Shown piece by piece: positions 40,800 through 57,648 of a stretch of 64,000 bases of DNA. The number at the start of each line of letters is the position of its first letter. Within the stretch, counting starts at the first letter, position 1. The stretch is taken from NCBI RefSeq assembly GCF_009914755.1, contig NC_060931.1; one strand, written 5' to 3'. This DNA is from the human T2T-CHM13v2.0 reference genome, Homo sapiens. The position numbers and the translations under genes were made by a program. The notes beneath the pieces were generated by a model. The model was not told the DNA's origin. It worked only from the letters and a program-made list of their open reading frames with translations, and ran no database searches.

Positions 40800-41356
40800 T
40801 GATCCACCTACCTTGGCCTCTCAAAGTGCTGGGATTACAGGCATGAGCCGCCTCACCCAGCCCTTCCCTCCCCTTTCTCCCTTCCTTTCCTTTGGAGATC
40901 TCACTCTGCCGCCCAGGCTGGCATGCAGTGGCGCAATCTTGGCTCACTACAGCCTCTGCCTCCAGGGTTCAAACGATTCTCCTGCCTCAGCCTCCTAAGT
41001 AGCTGGGATTACAGGTGTGCACCAACACACCTGACTAATTTTTGTATTTTTAGTGGAGATGGGGATTCATCATGTTGCCCAGGCTGGTCTTGAGCTCCTG
41101 AGCTCAAGTGATCCTCCCGCCTTGGCCTCAAAGAGTGCTGGGATTACAGGCGTGAGCCGCCGCACCCGGCCTCTTTCCTTCTTTCCTCCAGGACAGAGGA
41201 GTGAAAATTCCAAAGCAGAGAGCTCTGAAATTGGTACAAGCCAGTTTCCAGCCCAACTCCTTTCCCAAAGACCAGAATTCAGCATTCATTCCTATGTAAC
41301 GCAGCTGCCTGCTCAGAGAAGATTCCTCTGGAGACGTACACCTCTCTGGGGCAAAA

Positions 41357-41545
41357 TGCACACACTCACACGCACGCACACGCACGCACACACACGCATG
41401 CACACGCGCACACGCACGCACACACCTGCACACGCACGCACACCCACACCCGCGCGCACACCTGCACACATGCACACACACGCGCGCACACCCACACACA
41501 CGCATGCACACACATGCACACATACACGCACACACACGCACACCC
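41357..41545. repeat. Alternating purine-pyrimidine (CA/CG)n tract
   Basis: cacacgcacgcacacgcgcacac... about 190 bp. Confidence 0.92.
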
Positions 41546-42176
41546 CACCCCGTGCACACAATCCCAGGAGCTTCACAGAGTCGAAACACCATCCCCGCAT
41601 CCTAAGAATAGCCATGCTCCAAACATGGACGGATCAATTTGTTTCCCTCTGCGGCCTTTCTCTGAAAGAAATGAAACCTTGGCTTTATCTAAGATAATAA
41701 TGAAAATCCAAGTACTTTAAAAAGCTGAGTCCAGTGATGCTGAAGGGAAGTGGGGGTGCAGAGTCTTCACTAAGGGAGGATCTTGAAAAAGCATAAAATT
41801 GCAACCGCGAGTGAAACAAAGGATTCAGACAATGATAACCAATGGATGCTAAGACCACCAGGTGAGAGGCTGCTGAGTAATAGGATGCTGAAAAGGACCT
41901 CAGTATCTCTCATCCCAGGGGTTACCTTAGAGCCCTCATGGATCAACCTAGCACCACGGGTGGCAGGTCTACCAGATATCTCCCAGTAAGATGAAGTACA
42001 CCATATGGCCTATAATCCTCCTGGCCTTTCTTCCTTCTTATTTTTAGAGACAGGGTCTGGTTCTGTTGCCCAAGCTGGAGTGCAGTGGTGCAATCATAGC
42101 TCACTGCAGCCTCGAATTCCTGGGCTCAACGGATCCTCCCCAGTAGCTGGGACTACAGGCTTGTGCCACACTACTA

Positions 42177-43482
<1,306 letters not shown>

Positions 43483-43495
43483 AACTCTATACAAG

Positions 43496-44150
<655 letters not shown>

Positions 44151-44273
44151 TAGGCTAAAATGTAGTGGCACAGTCACGGCTCACACAGCCTCCATCTCCC
44201 AAGCTCAGGTGATCCTCCCACCTTGGCCTCCAGAGCAGCTGGGACTACAGGGTTTCACCACCATGCCTAACTA

Positions 44274-45130
<857 letters not shown>

Positions 45131-45284
45131 ATGGCATTTTATAAGAGTAGCGTGAACAGGCTAAGACAATTTGATCATAATTTTGCATCAATGTTAAATT
45201 TCCTTTTCCCCCCATCTCCTCTCTCACATTTAACAAATGACCTGCCCACGTTACCATTTCCGGCTAGGTATTTTTAGAATAATT

Positions 45285-45990
45285 TTTTTCACTGTGGTAA
45301 AACACACATCAAATGTACTATCCTAACCATTTTTAAGCATACAATTTGCTGTCATTAAGTACATTCACCTTCTTTTGTGTGTGTGTGTGTGTGTGTGTTG
45401 TGTGTGTGAGAGATGGAGTCTCACTCTGTTGCCCAGGCTGGAGTGCGATGGGCAATCTCAGCTCACCACAACCTCCACCTCCTGGGTTCAAGCGATTCTC
45501 CTGCCTCAGTCTCCTGAGTAGCTGGGATTACAGGCATGCACCACCAGGCCTGGCTAATTTTGTAATTTTAGTAGAGATGGGGTTTCTCCACGTTGGTCAG
45601 TCTGGTCTTGAACTCCCTACCTCAGGTGGTCCGCCTGCCTCGGCCTTCCAAAGTGTTGGGATTACAGGCGTGAGCCACTGCACCCAGCCCCACATTCACC
45701 TTCTTATACCAACGTCACCACCATCCATCTCCAGAACTCTTTTTATCTTGCAAAACTGAAACCCTGTCCCTATTAAACACTAATTCTTCATTCCCTACCC
45801 ACCCTCACCTGCCTCTGGCAGCCACCACTCCACTTCCTGTCTCTATGGATTGGACTCCTCGAGGGACCTCAGATAAGTGGAATCATACAGTATTTGTCCC
45901 CTTGGGGCTGATTTCATTTAGCATAATGAATGTCCTTGTGGTTCATCCAGGCTACCGCGTGTGCCAGAATTTCCTTCCTTTTTAAAGCTA
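45285..45990 (-). mobile_element. L1MB-like 3' fragment
   Basis: accatccatctccagaactc...aaactgaaac...gtctctatggatt...taagtggaatcatacagtatttgtcc. Confidence 0.7.
45376..45408. repeat. (TG)n microsatellite at an Alu tail
   Basis: tgtgtgtgtgtgtgtgtgtgttgtgtgtgtg. Confidence 0.9.
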
Positions 45991-46796
45991 AATTTCTTTC
46001 CTTCTTTTTTTTTTTTTTTTGAGATGGAGTCTCACTCTGTCGCCCAGCAGGCTAGAGTGCAGTGGCGTGATCTCAGCTCACTGCACCCTCTGCCTCCCGG
46101 ATTCAAGCAATTCTCGTGCCTCAGCCTCTTAAGTAGCTGGGATTACAGGCATGCACCACCATGTCCAGTTAATTTTGCATTTTTAGTAGAGACAGGGTTT
46201 CACCATCTTGGCCAGGCTGGTCTTGAACTCTTGACCTCAGATGACCCACCCGCCTCAGCCTCCCAAATTGCTGGGATTACAGGCGTGAGCCACAGCGCCC
46301 GGCCTAAATTTCCTTATTTTGATCTCATTGCATAAGAGAGTGCCCTGAAGGGTTTGTAGGTCTAGGGGCCTGATGTCCACAGGCAACTCCCACAGTCCAG
46401 GAGGTGAAGGGCAGCCCCAACCCCATGAGGCACCTACAGCTCCAGCCTGCCTGCAGCCCTATCCTTGGAATCCCAAGAAAGCAACTCCCTTGATAACTAT
46501 GATGGCAGCCTCAAAAGTAGCTTCTGTCCCTTTATTTTCTTCCCACTGGAGCCCAAATCCAGACGGTTTAACTGCTTTTAAACCCTCAGTTTAAAAGCCC
46601 TTAATGGTGCCATAGAGCCCATGGAACAGTGGTTGGGTGTGCTCGGGACTCGTTGGGACCAGGCTCAGTATCCTCTCCACGCCCAGCCTGTGTTGCAGCC
46701 TCACCAGACCCTGCCCTGGGTCCCTGCACTTCACCCCCCAATGGCCTCATTCTTCAATGTCCTTCCCTCACCCTGGAAAACTCCTATTCATCCTGA

Positions 46797-47375
<579 letters not shown>

Positions 47376-47729
47376 TAGTGGACAAGCCAGGGACGCCCAC
47401 CACACGCCAGACCATGCTGGCCCCTTGGGGAACACAAGAGGGTTTGAATGGCCCCAGCCTACTCCTGCTCCCAGCGGCTTGCAGTCTGGCTGGGGAGAGG
47501 TGTGCAAAGCTGAAGGACATGTGGGGCCATCCCCTGCTCATTCCTGAAGGATCCTAAAAGGCCCGGGACTTGGGACAAGCCTGGAAGGGTGGGCTGTGCC
47601 TGGATGAATCTGAAGATGCATTTCTGCACTGCTGATGAAGTGGGGGTTTCCAGGTAAATCTCACTTCCTATTTCTCCCTGCATATTGGTCAACTCAGCTC
47701 TTCAGTCAAGGAGGAAAGAAACACACTGA

Positions 47730-48330
<601 letters not shown>

Positions 48331-48756
48331 TAATGGTCAGGGTGGTCTCAAACTCCTGGCCTCAAGTAATCCACCGGGATTACAGGCATGATACACCATG
48401 CCCAGCCAAGGAAGTCATCTTAATCCCTGTTTCCTCCATCCCTACAGTTCCCCATCTCACCTGGACGTATTCCTATCTGAAGTGTTATCACATAGTTATT
48501 ATCTGTTGTCTGCTTCCCACAGAAGAATGTGAGCTCCAGGAGGGCAGGGAATTGTCTTGGTCAGCACCGCCTGGCTACTTCCAACAGGTGCACTTGGCAG
48601 CTGGAAACACTATCAATATCAACACATTCCTACAACTCCTGAACTCCTGCAGATGTAGGGCTACACATGACCTGTATAAAACCCAATTCCAATTCTTTAC
48701 ACTGGCAACTAGATGGATGTTGAACCCTCAGCCTGAGTGGTTTCATTTTCGTGTGA

Positions 48757-48996
<240 letters not shown>

Positions 48997-49429
48997 TGAT
49001 CCACCTGCCTTGGCTTCCCAAAGTGCTGGAATTAAAGGCGTGAGCCACCGCACCCAGCCTCAGTCTCATTTTCATAAAATATTTTGGTTTTATTGAATTA
49101 CTTTGGACTTTAAATTTTTACAGTTGTTCATCTGAAATTTACATTTTGCCTTTTATCGTATTTTTTGGAGATGGAGTTGTTCTATCACCCAGGCTTGAGT
49201 GCAGTGGCACGATCATAGCTCACTGCAGCCTTGAACTCCCAGGCTCAAGGGATCCTCCCACCTCAGCCTCCTGAGTAGCTGGGACCGCAAGCACACAACC
49301 ATGCCCAGCTAATTTTTTTCTTTTTGGAGAGGCTGGTCTCAAACTCCTGGCCTCCAGAGATCCTCGCACCTCAGCCTCCCAAAGCACTGGGGTTACAGGC
49401 ATCAGCCACTGCACCCAGACAGTTAGGCT

Positions 49430-50570
49430 TCTTATGCACTGGATATTAAAGTGGTATCTCATTTTGCATTGTCTTGGTTACCACTGCGAGGGAGCAGTTC
49501 TTCACATGCTCACCTGTGTTCTCTTCCAAGAAATCCCTGTCCGTGTCTTTTACATTTTCTATTTGGTTATTTGTCTTTTTCTATTTCTTATTCTCTATAT
49601 ATTTTGGATATTAATTACTTGTTGGTTAAAGGTGTTGCAAATATGTCCTTTGCACTGTGGCTTGTCTTCTACTTTCTTCATGGCATTTTTGATTAACAGA
49701 AACTTAATTTTTTTTTTCTTTTTTTGAGACGGGGTCTCCCTCTGTCACCCAGGCTGGAGTGCAGGAGCTCAGTCTCAGCTCATTTGCAGCCTCGATCCCC
49801 AGGCTCAAGCAAGCCTCCCACCTTAGCCTCCTGAGTAACTGGGACTACAGGCACACTTCACCATGCCCAGCTAATTGTTTGTATTTTTTGTAGAGATGGG
49901 GTTTCACCATGTTGCCCAAGCTGGTCTTGAACTCCCGGACTCAGGTGCTCCTCCCACCTCGGCCTCCCAAAATGTTGGGATTACAGGCATAAGCCACCTT
50001 GCCCGGCTGCAACTTAATTTTTAATGTAGTCAAGTTCATCAATCTTTTTTTTATGATTTGTACTTTATGTGCCTTCAGAACCTTACCCCAAAGTTCAAAA
50101 GTTATTCTTTTATAGATTCTCAAAGTTTTCAACTTTTTAATTTATTTCATGTTTACATCTTTCATCCCTCTAAAAGTGTCTTTTCTGTATGGTGTCAGGT
50201 AGGGTTCCTATTCCACTGTTCTCATCTGAATAATGAATTGTCTCAGTACCACTTATCCAATAGATCATCCTTGCCTAGGTTTATCAGCAACACCATCTTT
50301 GGTAAAAATAAAATGCCTTTTAAAAAGTTGAGATGGGATCTTGCTATGTTGCCCAGAGTGTTCTCAATCTCCTGGCCTCAAGTGATCCTTCCTGCCTTGG
50401 CCTCAGGTGTAGCTGGGATTATGGGCACGTGCTACCACACACAGCTTAAAACACCTTTACATGCATGAATCTATTTCAGGCCTCTTTATTCTGCTCCATT
50501 CGTCAATTTGCCCAGCCATGCACCAACACCATACTGTCTTAATTCTTACAGCTTTATGATATGAATGTTT
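49430..50570 (-). mobile_element. Ancient L1M fragments interleaved with Alus
   Basis: agtggtatctcattttgcatt...tatattttggatattaa...gttgcaaatat; tttaatgtagtcaa; tgcaccaacaccatactgtcttaatt. Confidence 0.6.
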
Positions 50571-50744
50571 CTTGATGTAGAAAAGCCATTCCAGGTGACC
50601 AGGTGGTTACTTACATCAAAGACTCTAGGTTAGAACCTAGGGGGTTAGCTGGCCTACCACCCGCTGAGAAACAGAGACTCCAAGAAGGACAGCATTTTTT
50701 ACAATGTCACACAGAATTTAATTTGGAATACCCATCTCTCACCA

Positions 50745-51414
<670 letters not shown>

Positions 51415-52193
51415 TTAAATTCATTCAATCAGCTGGGTGCAGTGGCTCATGCCTGTAATCCCAACACTTCAGGAGGCTGAGGCAGGAGGATCACTTGAGC
51501 CTAGGCGCTCAAGACCAGCCTGGGCAACATAGTGAGACCCCATCTTTACAGATACTTTTTTTTTAATTAGCCAGGCATGGTGGTGCACACCTGTAGTCCC
51601 AGCTACTCAGGAGGCTGAGACAGGAGAATCATGTTTGCCTAGGAGTTTGAGGCTGCAGTGAGCTATGATCACACCACTGCATTCCAGCCTGGGTGATAGA
51701 GTAGATCCTATCTTTAAAAAAAAAAAAAATCACTTAATCAAGAAGCCTTTACTACAGACCTAATTTGTGGACTGTACAGTTGTAAAGACTGCACAACGAG
51801 GAAGGGAACAGAAATAGAACTAATCCATGCGATCCATTTCCTCCCTGGACCCATCACCCATAGAAGCTGCATTGGCCCAAGCATGAAAGACTGGCCCGTG
51901 CTCCAGCTCCAGATCCCTATTCCAATTCCAGAGCAGCCAGCGCAAGTGTCCAAATCTAGAGACCATTTAGACCAGCTCTCATGACTTTACACATCAACCC
52001 ACTGGGGTCAAGAGAGGTTGAGACATCTACCAAGGTCACACAGCAGGTGTGGGACAGGCCCGGGCTGGTTGCTGAGACTTCAGAGCTCCTTCCCTTCATG
52101 TCCACGTCGGCAGCCTTAAACCCAGGGTTTCTCTCTTTCCCGTGAACAGTCCACCAACTTACGTCTCACAAAATCCCCTGGAGCCAGCCTTTA

Positions 52194-52451
<258 letters not shown>

Positions 52452-52748
52452 TCAAAAAAAAAAATATATATATATATATAAATTATCTGGGTATTGTCGT
52501 GGTCCATACCTGGAATCCCAGCTACTTGAGGCTGAGGCAGGAGGATCGCTCAAGCCCAGGAATTTGAGGCTGTAGTGAACCATGATTGTGCCACTGCACT
52601 CCAGCCTTAGTGTGGGTGACAGAGCAAAACCCTGTCTCAAAGAAAAAAAACAAAGGCCGGGGGCGGTGGGTCATGCCTGTAATCCCAGCACTTTGGGAGG
52701 CCGAGGCGGGGGGATCACGACGTCAAGAGATTGAGACCATCCTGGCTA

Positions 52749-52934
<186 letters not shown>

Positions 52935-53914
52935 TCAGAAAAAAAAAAAAAAGTAAGTCCAGTCCAGTCACACAATCTGGTCAACAGAGTCAATCCGCAG
53001 GAACTTATCCTCAAGTCCTTCCCAAGTGCATCACATCTCTGGGTGGGATTCCCCATTTAGGAGAGATAGACTCATCATGTCCCCCAGGGGGAAACAGAGG
53101 GTGAGACTGAGGGGGAAGGAAGGGTTCCGTCCTGTCCGCCAGCCTTCCCTACCCTGGACACCATCCTAGCCCTGAGCTCCTCTTGTCAAGCTGTGCTCAA
53201 TATGACCAGAACTTGTGGAGACTTCAGGAGCACCAGGGCACTCTCAACAACCAGTTGCAAGTGACAAGCCACACTGATGTGAGTAGGAAGAATACTGCCA
53301 GCCCATCTCCCACTCACCACCCACTGGAGCCTCAGCACACACCAGGCCCCTCTGTTCACGAAGGCAGGGGACCCCAGGTGGCAGAGGGGGAAAGGTGACC
53401 TGGAGGACAGCCTGGTGCCCCCTCCAAAGAGGCCCCCGCGGGCTGCTCCCAGCAGACGGGTCTGTGCTCGCCGAAGACCACTGGGGACCGAGGAGCAACT
53501 TTAGGAGGGGATTTTTCATGCCAGCTTCCAGGCAAGCACATCTCCCAACAAAATCTTAAAGATATGTAAAAGGAGAAACCCCCTCCCCACGCCCACCTTC
53601 TTCACTGGAATTCCAAGCAACAGGAGCCTAACTTCTACTCAGATATCACAATGTCTGTTAATCACCATTTTACAAAAGAGACGGAGGTTCTGAGGGGACC
53701 ACGGAGTTCACACTATGAAAAGACCAGGATGTACAGGTGCCTCCCCCCACCGCACCCCGAGCCTCAGTTTCTCCATCTGAAAAGAGCACTTACTCTTTCT
53801 TCCGACTTGCTGGAAGGGTGGACAGAGGTGGTACCAACGCCTTTTACCATGAACAAGAGTGCCCAAGAGAGACCGAGCGTAACTGCCCGAGCGTAGCTGG
53901 CCTGGGCTCCAGGC

Positions 53915-54055
53915 GCTGCGCAAAGTGCTCTGCAAGGACCAGCTCGCTTAATCCTCACGGCGACCCAGGACACGGGGACTCGCATAACCCCCGTTTTGCA
54001 AACGTGGAAATGAGGTTCAGAGAAGTGAAGCGACTTGCCCAATGGCACCCAGCGA
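53915..54055 (-). mobile_element. MIR fragment inside the CpG island
   Basis: ttaatcctcacggcgaccc...cccgttttgcaaacgtggaaatgaggttcagagaagtgaagcgacttgccca. Confidence 0.65.
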
Positions 54056-54258
54056 GGAGGCGCGGGCGCCCCGGTTACTCCATCCCAGCGAGAAGACGAG
54101 GCTGCCTGGGTCCTGGTTTTCTCGGGCGGGGGTCAGGGGTCCGCCGATCCCCTCTAGCGCTCCGGGCGGCGGGGCCCGAGAACCAAGGTGGCCTCCGCGG
54201 CCCCCGCCGCCGCGCGCCCCTCCCTCCCTCCCCGCGGACCTCCGCGGCCGCCGCTCAC

Positions 54259-54305
54259 CTCGCGTATTTCGTCTTCTGGAAATCCAGCAGCCGGGGGGCG
54301 AACAT
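54259..54305 (-). CDS. MMD2: MMD2 exon 1 coding part (MFAPRLLDFQKTKYA + 2 nt), 47 nt
   Basis: ATG at 54305-54303 (gcgATGt); donor AG|GTGAGC at 54258; lies in the CpG island; phase 2 matches exon 2. Confidence 0.95.
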
Positions 54306-54789
54306 CGCGGCGCTTCCATGGGAATCTGGCCCCGGGCTCAGAGCGCGGGTAGCTGGCAGAGCCTGGGGGGCGCGGCGGCGGCAGCAGCAGGTTGGAGGGC
54401 GCGCGGCGGGGGCCAAGGGGACCTGGTCGGCGCCCGGAGCCGGAGCCGGAGCCCGAGCCGGAGCTGGAGGCGCCCGGAGCCGCCGACGCCAAATCCCGAG
54501 CAGATGGTGGCGGGGGCGGGGCGGGCGGGGGCACGGGGGGGCTCCCGGGCTCGCGCTGCCAATCGCCTAAGCCCGGCCCCCTCCCTCCCGCGACCCCGCC
54601 GCCTCCGCTGAGGTGGAGGAGGGTCGTGGGGAGATGGGGGGGGTGGGAGAGGTGGGGGTGAGGAAGTGGGCGTAAGGAGTGGGGGCGGGACGGGGGGGTC
54701 CTGGCTGCGCGCGCGAGCCACCCATCGCCCAGGCCTGGGGCGGCCCTGGCCCCGGCCCCTTTTCCCGGTGCCCTCCCTGGAAGCCAGGA

Positions 54790-55990
54790 GGTGGGGGGTT
54801 GGTGGGGTGGGGAGCGGGAAGTGGTAGTAGGGGGAGTGGGAAGGATTGGGAAGGGGGGGGCGCCAGGTGGGTGGAATGCAAAGTTGCGGGGCTGAGGGAG
54901 TCGGGGAGTGAGAAGGGGACGGGAGTGGGAACAGGGGGTGCTGGAGGGGTTGGGGGAAGTGGGAAGTGGGGGGTAAGGAGAGTGGGAATGGACGTGGGAT
55001 GAGTGGGAAGTGGGGGCGTTGGTGGGGAGTGGGGGACTTGGGGGTGGGGGAGCGGAAAGTGGGGGGTTGGGGGGAGTGGGGGACCTGGGGGTGGAGGGAG
55101 TGGAAAGGGGGTGGAGGGAGTGGAAAGTGGGGGGTTGGGGGGAGTGGGGGACCTGGGGGTGGAGGAAGTGGGGGGTTCGTGGGAAGAAGGGGACCTGGAG
55201 GTGGAGGGAGTGGGAAGTCGGGGTGTTGGGGGGGGAGTGAGGGGGTTAGTGGGAAGAGAGGGACTTGGAGGTTGGGGGAGTGGGAAGTGGGGGTGTTGGA
55301 GGGAGTGGGGGACCTGGGGGTGGGGGGAGTGGGAAGTGGGGGTGTTGGGGGGGGAGTGAGGGGGTTAGTGGGAAGAGAGGGACTTGGAGGTTGGGGGAGT
55401 GGGAAGTGGGGGTGTTGGAGGGAGTGGGGGACCTGGGGGTGGAGGGAGTGGGAAGTGGGGGTGTTGGGGGGGGAGTGAGGGGGTTAGTGGGAAGAGAGGG
55501 ACTTGGAGGTTGGGGGAGTGGGAAGTGGGGGTGTTGGAGGGAGTGGGGGACCTGGGGGTGGAGGGAGTGGGAAGTGGGGGTGTTGGAGGGAGTGGGGGAC
55601 CTGGGGGTGGAGGGAGTGGGAAGTGGGGGTGTTGGGGGGGGAGTGAGGGGGTTAGTGGGAAGAGAGGGACTTGGAGGTTGGGGGAGTGGGAAGTGGGGGT
55701 GTTGGAGGGAGTGGGGGACCTGGGGGTGGGGGGAGTGGGAAGTGGGGGTGTTGGGGGGGAGTGAGGGGGTTAGTGGGAAGAGAGGGACTTGGAGGTTGGG
55801 GGAGTGGGAAGTGGGGGTGTTGGAGGGAGTGGGGGACCTGGGGGTGGGGGGAGTGGGAAGTGGGGGTGTTGGAGGGAGCGGGGGACCTGGGGGTGGAGGG
55901 AGTGGGAAGTGGAGGAGTTGGTGGGGAGTGGGGGACCCGAGGGTAGGGGGACTGGAAAGTGGGGTTGGTGGGGGGTGGAGGGAGTAGGAA
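54790..55990 (+). repeat. G-rich composite minisatellite (49-bp and 70-bp subunits, 119-bp period)
   Basis: Anchor ttggaggttgggggagtggg recurs at 55265, 55384, 55503, 55671 and 55789 (spacings 119, 119, 168, 118); core GGGAGTGGGAAGTGGGGG. Confidence 0.92.
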
Positions 55991-56624
55991 GTGGATAGGG
56001 GACTTCCCAATCCAGCCCCTTTTTCCCAGGTGTCCTCCACCAGTACTTTTTCCAGTGAGGAGAAAAAAGCCCTCCAGGGCTAGACAGGGCTGGACCGACC
56101 CCGCTGGCCCCAACTTGGCTGGAAGGACAGCGGACACTGTGCCCGTCGTCCCCAGTGTAGCTGGGCCCAGCACCTACCGCCTGCCTGTGGCTTGCTTGCT
56201 CCCCCTACTGCCTGGCTCCCTACTGCCACGTCCCTGCTAGGCACAAGGGCCCCTATGGGACCTGCCCGGGAAGGGTCAGGGCCTCTGGGAAAACCCTCTT
56301 CCCCCAAGACTTCATGACTCTGAGGACCCTCCTGACCGCCATGACAGGGTCATTTGCATCTGGTGGCTGGATTCCCGAGTACAAATTCCAGCTTTCTCCC
56401 GTAGGAGACCTGGCCCAGGTTCTGGGCTTTGGAAAACCAACCACCCTATGGGAGGCTTGGAACCCCGGGGGGCTGATGGAGGGAAGACAGGCTTCCATGT
56501 GAAAGACATGCCAGCGGCACCTGAGGAACCCTAGGATTGGTCCCCAGATCCAAGAGAAGGCCCTTCGTTTGCACACACACTTCACCCTCCTTCCCAAGCC
56601 CCAGCCCCTATTCCTTTTTATTAA

Positions 56625-56975
<351 letters not shown>

Positions 56976-57296
56976 TGATCTGCCCGCCTCAGCCTCCCAA
57001 AGTGGGGAGATTACAGGTGTTGCTGACTCCATCTAATTTATTTCGCCACTTCCACTGGGGAGGACCAGAGGGTTATAAGTGGATGCCTTCAGAGGCCATG
57101 GCAGGGCTGAGGGCTGGGGGGTGGGGTGGGGGATGGCTGAGGTGGGGACCAGAAGAGGGAACAGGAGTGCTTAGGAGGCAAAGGCCACCAGACCACCCTG
57201 ATGATGGATTAGAAGTGGCAGATGCAGCCGGGCACGGTGGTTCATGCCTGTAATCCCAGCACTTGGGGAGGCCAAGGCAGGCGGATCACGAGGTCA

Positions 57297-57648
<352 letters not shown>

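Larger units (their letters stand above)
53870..54790. promoter_or_regulatory. CpG island / TATA-less MMD2 promoter with GC boxes (54512-54530) and CCAAT (54559-54563)
   Basis: Very high GC and CpG density around exon 1; overlapping GGGCGG motifs and a CCAAT about 200-260 nt upstream of the ATG. Confidence 0.85.

Noticed and set aside
41620-41990. Unique-looking block after the CA/CG tract as a possible exon
   Set aside because: Resembles an old L1M 3' UTR fragment; no convincing ORF or splice sites.
54370-54470. Short (CGG)/(CAG) and GGAGCC repeats in the 5' UTR as expansion loci
   Set aside because: Only 3-5 imperfect units; ordinary for a GC-rich UTR.
53737-54721. Long Arg/Gly/Pro/Ala-rich ORFs (277, 189, 127 aa)
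   Set aside because: Expected stop-codon depletion in a CpG island.
54966-56173. Gly/Trp- or Pro-rich repetitive ORFs up to 264 aa
   Set aside because: Translations of the G-rich minisatellite, open in several frames at once.
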